From Thermodesulfobacteriota bacterium (GTDB taxonomy: Bacteria > Desulfobacterota_D > UBA1144 > Nemesobacterales > Nemesobacteraceae): a stretch of DNA of 64,000 bases. The position numbers were made by a program, and so were the translations under genes. This document shows positions 53,601-62,750 of the stretch, in pieces; the stretch's first letter is position 1; each line of letters starts with the position of its first letter. The notes beneath the pieces were generated by a model. It saw only the letters and a list, made by a program, of their open reading frames with translations, was not told the origin of the DNA and searched no databases. The DNA is taken from NCBI GenBank assembly GCA_965204035.1, contig OZ241964.1:1438726-1502725 (forward strand). The letters are read 5' to 3'.

Positions 53601-54731
53601 TCAAACGCTCCAGAAAGGCAGGCATTCGTGCCCGTACCGTTTTGTTTTTTCACGACCCGTATAGATCAGAACCGATTTCCTGTTGTCGGGATTAAGTCTC
53701 TTATAGAAATTAAGTCCCTTGAAAAGCCCTGAGCTAAGGGTCTGGGTCGTTTTTATTTCATAGGAAAGAAGATCGACGCCATCCTGCTCCAGGAGATCAA
53801 CCTCGTTGCCCGTGTTGTCTCTGAAGAAATACAGAGACGGAGATTCAACGTTGTTAAGTTTCCGCTTGACCTTTTCCATTACGACCAGATTTTCAAAAAG
53901 CATCCCTTTAAGCGGATGCGACTTCACGTGCTCAACTGTGCTGATTCCAAGCAGATAGGAAGCAAGTCCCACGTCGCAGAAGTAAAGCTTCGGCGTTTTC
54001 ACGATCCGTTTCCTGAAATTTCTGTGGTGCGGAGGGAGGAGATAAATAATATAGCTTGCCTCAAGAACCGAGATCCACGCGTCTACAGTTTTGCCGTCAA
54101 TCCCTATGTCATTGGCCATACGGGTCTTGTTGAGCATCTGCCCGACATTCGAGGCACACAATCTCAGAAAGCTCTCGAACTGTCTTAAATTCCTGATCTC
54201 CCTTATATCTCTTAGGTCTCTCTGTATATAGGTGTTGGTATAAAACGAAAGCGCCTCGGTAGGGTTCAGGCTCCTGTCAATTATTGCCGGATAGAATCCC
54301 CGAAAGATCAGACTTTCATACGAAGACTTTTCCCCCAGTTCCTCAAGCGAGAAAGGAAGCAGGTTTACAAGCGCCGTCCTTCCGGCAAGCGACTGGGAGA
54401 CAATGTCCGTGAGGCTGAACTGATGACTTCCGGTCAGAATGAACTGTCCGGCCTGACCGCCGCGGTCCACGATCCCCTGAATATAAGAGACCAGATCGGG
54501 AACATGCTGGACCTCGTCTATAATCGTTCTTTCCGATTGGGCGAGGAATCCTCTCGGGTCTTTCCGAGCATGCTCCCGCACATCCGGATCTTCCAGGCTG
54601 AGATAGAGATGCTCTGGAAAACATTTCACCGAGACGGTCGTTTTTCCTGACTGGCGAGGTCCCGTAATTGTTATAACGGGGTACTGACGGGCCAGGCTGA
54701 GAAGCTTTCTTTCTATTGTACGGCTTATCAT
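53601..54731 (-). CDS. AAA-type ATPase of the AAA_14/DUF4143 kind (second copy)
   Basis: TGPRQSGKTT, IIDEVQ, TGSHQ blocks. Start set at MISRTIERKLL. Confidence 0.8.
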   Translation of the reverse strand: MISRTIERKLLSLARQYPVITITGPRQSGKTTVSVKCFPEHLYLSLEDPDVREHARKDPRGFLAQSERTIIDEVQHVPDLVSYIQGIVDRGGQAGQFILTGSHQFSLTDIVSQSLAGRTALVNLLPFSLEELGEKSSYESLIFRGFYPAIIDRSLNPTEALSFYTNTYIQRDLRDIREIRNLRQFESFLRLCASNVGQMLNKTRMANDIGIDGKTVDAWISVLEASYIIYLLPPHHRNFRKRIVKTPKLYFCDVGLASYLLGISTVEHVKSHPLKGMLFENLVVMEKVKRKLNNVESPSLYFFRDNTGNEVDLLEQDGVDLLSYEIKTTQTLSSGLFKGLNFYKRLNPDNRKSVLIYTGREKTKRYGHECLPFWSV

Positions 54732-54734
54732 ATT

Positions 54735-54771
54735 CTTTACAATTATGGAATATAATTCCGAATTTGTAAAG
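54735..54771. repeat. 37-bp imperfect palindromic element, copy 1 (CTTTACAATTATGGAATATAATTCCGAATTTGTAAAG), followed by T6
   Basis: Outer arms CTTTACAA/TTGTAAAG and inner arms GGAAT/ATTCC. A second copy with the same architecture is at 57893..57929. Confidence 0.8.
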
Positions 54772-54898
54772 TTTTTTGCGTTCAGGCGGCACCAGTCTCT
54801 TTGTTTTTTCGTTGGAATCCATATAATGATACCGAACGGGCACATTTTGCACAAAGAAATACCAAAAATGTCTTTTGTGTTCGATCGGTATCAATTTG

Positions 54899-54940
54899 TT
54901 GATTTTTGGATTGAAACCAATATAATGATACCGAACGGTA
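54899..54940 (+). promoter_or_regulatory. Putative hipBA promoter (-35 TTGATT, 16-bp spacer, -10 TATAAT) with an overlapping palindromic operator TACCG-AA-CGGTA
   Basis: Perfect TATAAT at 54921-54926, 22 nt before the hipB ATG. The 19-bp string ATATAATGATACCGAACGG is repeated at 54821..54839, and an inverted half-site (CGATCGGTATC) lies between the copies. Confidence 0.55.
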
Positions 54941-54947
54941 ACTAGAA

Positions 54948-55169
54948 ATGAATGCTTGGATAAAGAACACTGAAGACTTGGGCAGAATTGTACGAAACGC
55001 GCGGAAGCTTCAAAAGCTGAGTCAGGATGACCTGGCAGGAATGGCCGGCACGGGGCGAAGGTTCATCATCGACCTTGAAAAAGGCAAGCAGACAGTACAA
55101 CTCGGCAAAGTTCTGCGGGTACTTCGTACGCTCGGAGTATCCCTTTCCTCCGGAAGAAAATGGTATTGA
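54948..55169 (+). CDS. hipB: XRE-family HTH antitoxin, HipB-like
   Basis: LGRIVRNARKLQKLSQDDLAGMAG... HTH. Overlaps the hipA start. Confidence 0.8.
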   Translation: MNAWIKNTEDLGRIVRNARKLQKLSQDDLAGMAGTGRRFIIDLEKGKQTVQLGKVLRVLRTLGVSLSSGRKWY

Positions 55170-56461
55170 CCGATATGGAGGATCATTCAAGAAAAGAGAT
55201 TCTGGACGTATATTTCCACGGCCAGCTTGCAGGCAGACTTTATTCCGATAACGCAACGCTCAGCTTCAACTACGACACGAAATATCTGGACAATCAGGAC
55301 GCATCGAAGCTGTCGGCGTCGTTGCCTCTTGGCAGTACCGTCTTTGACCATCATGTGACATCTGCTTTTTTCTCTGCACTCCTTCCGGAGGAGGGTGTCC
55401 GCGCGCAGCTGGCAAAATGCCTGGGCATATCAGAAAGAAATACCTTTGCTCTGCTAAAAAAGATCGGCGGGGAATGTGCCGGTGCCGTTTCCGTTTATCC
55501 GCAAGGTGTTTCGCCCGAAGCGGATGACGAGCCAACTTATCGAGTGTTTGAGAATGACGAAGCGGATAATGTCCTAACCTCGCTTGACACAAGACCATTT
55601 CTTGCCGGAGAGGAGGATATCAGAATATCTGGTGCCGGCGCGCAGGACAAACTGATAATTGCCTTTGTTGACGGCAAGGTCGCCGTTCCAACCGGCAATA
55701 CACCTTCAACGTATATCATCAAACCCCCGATCAAGGGTCTTGAAGAAACCGTACACAATGAGTTTTTCTGTATGAAGCTCGCAGATGCCGTTGGTCTAAA
55801 AGTTCCGAAAGTAGAAATCTTCTGGTTAAAGGAAAAACCCTATTATCTGGTAGAGCGCTATGACCGAAAACAGGATGAAAGCGGAATCATCAAACGTCTG
55901 CACCAAGAAGATTTTTGCCAAGCCATGCGTATTTCACCTGAAATTAAGTACCAAAGTGAAGGCGGCCCTACTCTGGAACAGTGCTTTGCACTGCTTGATG
56001 AGCGAATCGCGTCAGGTTATATGTCCGGCAGGAACAGGCTGTCCCTTTTTCACGGTGTCGTTTTTAACTTTCTAATCGGCAACGGGGACGCTCACGGCAA
56101 AAATTTTTCCATTCTTTACAAAGAAGGAGAAACAGAATCTCTTTCCCCGTTTTATGACCTGATGTGCACGGTTGTTTATTCAAACGGTTACAAAGCCAAA
56201 ATGGCAATGAAACTGGGAGGAAAATACAAGTTCAAGGATGTTGCCGCACGGCATTGGGAAAAACTGGGCAGTGCGCTTGGGTTTCGACCGGACTTCGTAA
56301 GACGTCAAGTTCTAACCATGAACGACAGAATTGTCGAAGCGGCCGTGGTTTTGTCCGATGAACTGAACAAGAACCCTGAAACTGCATCTCCTATCTATAA
56401 GAAAATTGTTTCTGTGATAAACTCAAGTCAACCACAGATGAGAAACTTAAGGCAGAGTTAG
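55160..56461 (+). CDS. hipA: HipA-family Ser/Thr kinase toxin
   Basis: ISGAGAQDKL (P-loop-like), YIIKPP, and catalytic GNGDAHGKNFS blocks. Confidence 0.88.
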   Translation: MVLTDMEDHSRKEILDVYFHGQLAGRLYSDNATLSFNYDTKYLDNQDASKLSASLPLGSTVFDHHVTSAFFSALLPEEGVRAQLAKCLGISERNTFALLKKIGGECAGAVSVYPQGVSPEADDEPTYRVFENDEADNVLTSLDTRPFLAGEEDIRISGAGAQDKLIIAFVDGKVAVPTGNTPSTYIIKPPIKGLEETVHNEFFCMKLADAVGLKVPKVEIFWLKEKPYYLVERYDRKQDESGIIKRLHQEDFCQAMRISPEIKYQSEGGPTLEQCFALLDERIASGYMSGRNRLSLFHGVVFNFLIGNGDAHGKNFSILYKEGETESLSPFYDLMCTVVYSNGYKAKMAMKLGGKYKFKDVAARHWEKLGSALGFRPDFVRRQVLTMNDRIVEAAVVLSDELNKNPETASPIYKKIVSVINSSQPQMRNLRQS

Positions 56462-56522
56462 CATGCTGATACATAAGTCCCAAACATTTCATCTAGTCCC
56501 CGACGCCGGAAGTTCTTTCCTC

Positions 56523-57788
56523 TTACTTTTCCGGAAACAGTCCCGGCAACCAGCGGGAGGCGAATTCGGCCGGAAAGGCGAGTCGCAACGGAGCGCGGGT
56601 GCTCCGTGAAACCAGAATTCCACGTTTCAGCAGAACAGACGTGACGCGACGGGCATGGCGAGGGCTTGAGCCGAGAAGGCGAGTGACTTCCCCTCTTGGA
56701 ATCTCCCCGCGATAAAGAACATCTCTCATGATAATTCTGGATTGGGGAGGAAGTTTGCCGGCGTGGATTTCCTCTTCCGTCCAGAGCAGAATTCTGTTTA
56801 GCAGACGATCCGGCATCATGAGCTTCTCCATGAAATCCACCTGGTCAATGCAGGTGGTCAAGAAAAAACGCGTGAAATCCGCCAAGGCCTCCTCGCTCAG
56901 AGGACCCCGGCCGTCGAGATCATTGCGACGTCCCATGTCGCACGCCATCAGACGGTTCTTATACGCCTCCTCGTTCCGCGCCAGCCCCCTTGAGACCGAC
57001 CATATGCGGACCGCGTCCAAGGCTTCCGATAACATGGCGTCGGACATGAGGCGGGCAACGCACCCGTTTCCGTCCAGAAAAGGATGTATCCAGAGCAGTC
57101 TGTGGTGAGCCGTTGCGGAAGCCAGGATAATGTTGGTTTTGCCAAGGCTTCCGTAGACACTTTCAAACCGCTCCATAAAACGGGGCACCGCCCCGGGACT
57201 GACGGGAACATGGCGTCCTACGCGGACATCGCGACTGCGCAGTTCGCCAGGAACAACGTTGACAACCTCCCCGGTATCCGGATTTTCCACCCGGAGCAGT
57301 TCCTGGGGAAGCAGTTCCCCGAACCGGCAGTGGATTTCCTGCAGGCTGGCAACAGCGGTCGCGGAGCACTTGAGGCCTCCTTCATCGATCCATTTCTGAA
57401 CAGCTATATGGGCCCTGGCTTCAAGTTGAAGGTTGCGCTTTTCGATATCGGCGCTGTAGTCGTCTTTCAGCGCCTTCTCGATATCGGTCAGAGGGGTGTC
57501 ATGACCCTCGATAAGATTGCTGTAGTAGCAGTTCATCGCTCTTACGAGCCCGGAAAGAGACTCAGTTATACCTTCCGGCAAACCACGGCGAAGACCCGCT
57601 GCGCGTTGCACCAGCTCAACAGCCAGATCCGTCAGTTCGCCGCGGTGTCCTGAAGTTTCGCTTATCAGAAGCGGCTCCATCCGGTTAACCGTCTCGCCCC
57701 GATCCTCCGTGGCGTATCCTATGGCCGGATTAATGTCCGGTTTTTTGTCCGGTTTTATACCATCCATGACATAAGCAATATCAGGCAA
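56523..57788 (-). CDS. Fic-domain protein with a variant active-site motif and C-terminal wHTH
   Basis: HPFLDGNGCVARL (Cys where the canonical motif has the first Arg). Inhibitory-helix-type SNLIEG upstream. The start may be ATG 57767 rather than TTG 57788. Confidence 0.75.
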   Translation of the reverse strand: MPDIAYVMDGIKPDKKPDINPAIGYATEDRGETVNRMEPLLISETSGHRGELTDLAVELVQRAAGLRRGLPEGITESLSGLVRAMNCYYSNLIEGHDTPLTDIEKALKDDYSADIEKRNLQLEARAHIAVQKWIDEGGLKCSATAVASLQEIHCRFGELLPQELLRVENPDTGEVVNVVPGELRSRDVRVGRHVPVSPGAVPRFMERFESVYGSLGKTNIILASATAHHRLLWIHPFLDGNGCVARLMSDAMLSEALDAVRIWSVSRGLARNEEAYKNRLMACDMGRRNDLDGRGPLSEEALADFTRFFLTTCIDQVDFMEKLMMPDRLLNRILLWTEEEIHAGKLPPQSRIIMRDVLYRGEIPRGEVTRLLGSSPRHARRVTSVLLKRGILVSRSTRAPLRLAFPAEFASRWLPGLFPEK

Positions 57789-57892
57789 TTAGATCTGTTT
57801 CAACTGCTTTTTCAGTATTTATTTTGTCCGCTTTCGAGTCCGCTTTGAATATGGATTTAAAATAGAGATATCTCAGAAAGTCCCACCATGCT

Positions 57893-57929
57893 CCTTACAA
57901 TTACGGAACGCAATTCCAGATTTGTAAAG
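57893..57929. repeat. 37-bp imperfect palindromic element, copy 2 (CCTTACAATTACGGAACGCAATTCCAGATTTGTAAAG), followed by T5
   Basis: Aligns along its full length with 54735..54771, with a handful of substitutions. Confidence 0.8.
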
Positions 57930-57989
57930 TTTTTATTACCTTCCCTCAGCCGCCAGCATGAAGGCCAAGATATCGGAACATTGGAAGGT

Positions 57990-59939
<1,950 letters not shown>

Positions 59940-60252
59940 GAATTTCCTCCTGACTAATAAACTTCCATTGTGATTATCCCGAGTTTTAAAACCGCCATGC
60001 TTGTACGGAAACTCCAAGGGACAAAACAGCTAAATCTTGGGGAACCGCAGAGGTAGTCATTTAATATTCAAGGGCTTTACATATCAAGCAGTTACGCTCG
60101 ATCCCAGGCTTCAAGATGCTGAGTCGTATTGTAACTCCCGTGCTTTGAATTGACAATGTCTGAACTGATTTATTCAAACGGAACTATACCAATAACCAGA
60201 TAAAAGAGGTCTCCCCTCCCAAAACCAATCCTGTTCCGCGCGGCCGGGCATC

Positions 60253-61572
60253 CTACCGGAATTCAAATTCCTCGTTGTGAACGCTCCTCCGGGACACGCC
60301 CTGCTTTCTCAATCCCCCGGAGACGGCCTCAACCATCGGCTTCGGACCGCAGAGGTAGTAGCTCCATTCCCCGAACGCCCCGCCGAGGTCGGCTCCTATC
60401 GCGTCTGTGTCGATCCGCGCTCCGGCGTCGGAGTCAAACAGCGTGACGGTCACGTCGCCAAGTTCAGCGGCCTGCGCCCGAATTTCGCTTAAAAACAGAG
60501 CTTCCCTTGCCGCACGCACGCAGTAGTAGAGCCGGACGGTCTTGCCGTGTCCCGATTCCATAGTGCGCAGCACGGAGAGAAACGGCGTGATCCCGATTCC
60601 CCCGGCAACCCATACCTGCTTCTCGGAACCCCCAAGGGGACTGAACCGCCCATAAGGACCCTCGACGGCGACATCGGCGCCCACCGTCAGACTTTCGCGC
60701 ACCCTGCGGGTGTAGTCCCCGAGCACCTTGATCGTGAAGCGCAGCCTCTCCTCCTTCGCCCCCGAGGAGATGGTAAAGGGATGGGCTTCCCTGAACCCGT
60801 CGGCGTCAACCGTGATAAAGGCGAACTGCCCGGCCTCAAAGGAGAACATTTCGTCATTCGGCCGCAGCACAAGTTCGGTCGCGCGCTCGAGGCTGTTCAC
60901 CTCGGCCAGAGTGAAGCGGTGCTTTTCTTTCCTCGGATAGAGAAACCGCCTGTAGAAACCGCCCGCCAGTCCCGCTAGCATCACAAGCGCGAGAAAAATG
61001 CCCGGAGCGGATAAAAACGGGATATCCTCGCCGTCGTAAAGCACCATGGAGACATGGATGCCGGCAACAGCGAAGAACACTCCCATGAACCGATGGGTCG
61101 CGATCCAGCGGTGATAGGGAATCTTGCGGTTAAGCGTGATAACGATCAGCAGCGTGAAACCGACCATCGCGATCATGCCGAAGAGGTCGATGGGCAGTTC
61201 CTCCTCTTCTTCTCCCGGAGGCTCCGCGGGCACCGCCTCGGCTTCAACGGACACGGCGGCGGTTGCCTCGACATCCTCATCCGGACCGCCCGGGACGGTG
61301 GCGTAGTGCGCGATGAAAAGCGCCATGGCGGCGATGCCGAGATACTTGTGCAGCTTGTACATCCGGTCAAGACCGCCAAACGACGTCTCCACCGCGCGCG
61401 GGCGCGCCGAGAGCAGCAGCCCAAGCGCCATGCAGATCACCGAGCAGGAAGCGACGAAATAGGAAAACTGCGCGCCAGGCGGCATTGCCGCCGTAATCAC
61501 ATGATGCCAGTACAGCGCGGCGTATACGGCAAACAGAGCCACAACGGCCCACACACCCTTTCGCAAATTCAT
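60253..61572 (-). CDS. Ferric-reductase-type TM domain fused to an FNR-like FAD/NAD(P) domain (bacterial NOX/FRE-like)
   Basis: Six-helix N-terminal domain with His pairs (HKYLG..., HYAT..., HRWIATH..., HVS...). HPFTISS FAD motif. GGIGITP NAD(P) motif. C-terminal EEFEF. Confidence 0.75.
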   Translation of the reverse strand: MNLRKGVWAVVALFAVYAALYWHHVITAAMPPGAQFSYFVASCSVICMALGLLLSARPRAVETSFGGLDRMYKLHKYLGIAAMALFIAHYATVPGGPDEDVEATAAVSVEAEAVPAEPPGEEEEELPIDLFGMIAMVGFTLLIVITLNRKIPYHRWIATHRFMGVFFAVAGIHVSMVLYDGEDIPFLSAPGIFLALVMLAGLAGGFYRRFLYPRKEKHRFTLAEVNSLERATELVLRPNDEMFSFEAGQFAFITVDADGFREAHPFTISSGAKEERLRFTIKVLGDYTRRVRESLTVGADVAVEGPYGRFSPLGGSEKQVWVAGGIGITPFLSVLRTMESGHGKTVRLYYCVRAAREALFLSEIRAQAAELGDVTVTLFDSDAGARIDTDAIGADLGGAFGEWSYYLCGPKPMVEAVSGGLRKQGVSRRSVHNEEFEFR

Positions 61573-62023
61573 GTCTTCACCTTGAGTCTCTTATTTGCCG
61601 CCGGATTCTCCCGTGGCGAAGCGGCAGAGTCGCCAGGAACCGCCGAGGCAATCCGCCAGCCGGCCCGGCAGTCCCGGGCGCCGCAGTTCGAGAGCCGCGG
61701 CGAGGAAAAGGAAAAACCATCTGGCGGAGGAAGTCAAGACTTCTTCCGAAAAACCGGGTCTACGGAATAAACCGGGGGAGGGAACAGAAATAAACCCCCA
61801 TTGAGTCGGTTTATTTCTATGGGCTGAATTTTTCATGGGAAGCACTTCCCCTCTGATTGCAGAATTGCCATACTTAGGAATGTCCGGTTAATTTAATTAC
61901 ACATGGCGTAAACTGTCAAATCGTGCAAAGCAGTGAATCCGATATTGACAGGTGGAGCCATATAAGCGCAAACGCTTCGTATCGGTGTTTTTCAGGGCAG
62001 ATAGAATGGAAGGGAACCAAAAC

Positions 62024-62422
62024 ATGTCTTGGCAGAAAATAAGCAGGTTCATTCTCTGCCTCTTGCTCCTGTCCGTAGCAGCATGCGGACAAGGGGGTGA
62101 CCAGACGAATGACACGGACGATCGCGGCCCGTTTGAGGGATCGGTCTTAATCGACGACGATGTGGACGAAGCACTCAGGGCAAGCGACCCGTATCAACTC
62201 GGAATAGATGGCGACAATGAGCCGGTCATCGAAGACGACACGCTGACCCTCACAATATCGTACAGCGGCGGCTGCGCATCACACGATTTCACCCTCGTCA
62301 CGAACGGCACCTTCATGGAATCAGACCCCGTCCAGCTCGTTGTCGCCCTGACACATGACGACAACAACGACCCGTGCGAGGCGTTTCCGACAAAACCCTA
62401 TGTCTTTACCTGGAGCCCATAA
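62024..62422 (+). CDS. Small lipoprotein, probably frameshifted near 62408 (the coding sequence seems to continue to 62556)
   Basis: Signal peptide with lipobox LLLSVAAC. After KPYVF the natural-looking continuation LEPIKRLYQDAYGTAEGESEIRLHL... lies in a second reading frame (offset by 1 nt), 62410..62556. Confidence 0.55.
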   Translation: MSWQKISRFILCLLLLSVAACGQGGDQTNDTDDRGPFEGSVLIDDDVDEALRASDPYQLGIDGDNEPVIEDDTLTLTISYSGGCASHDFTLVTNGTFMESDPVQLVVALTHDDNNDPCEAFPTKPYVFTWSP

Positions 62423-62750
62423 AAAGGCTGTACCAGGACGCCTACGGGACTGCCGAAGGTGAAAGTGAAATCAGGCTGCATCTGCGGTACTTGCTGTATC
62501 CGCAGGAGCCGGGCGGGCAAGGCGTTTTCCAACTCCACTACACTTTTGCGCCGTGATTTTGATAAAGCCGCTACCCCGGCGCTTAACGGCAACGAACCTC
62601 TTACGAGCATCCCCGGTCGATTAAATCCGCCGCCAACGCCTCCGATTACCACATCCAGGCATGGCTATTGCCGTTACCCGTAACTCTCGGGTCCGGATGC
62701 GGTGGATCAAGAGCTTTCACAAAATTCCCCGGCAGCACAGCAAGGCATCA

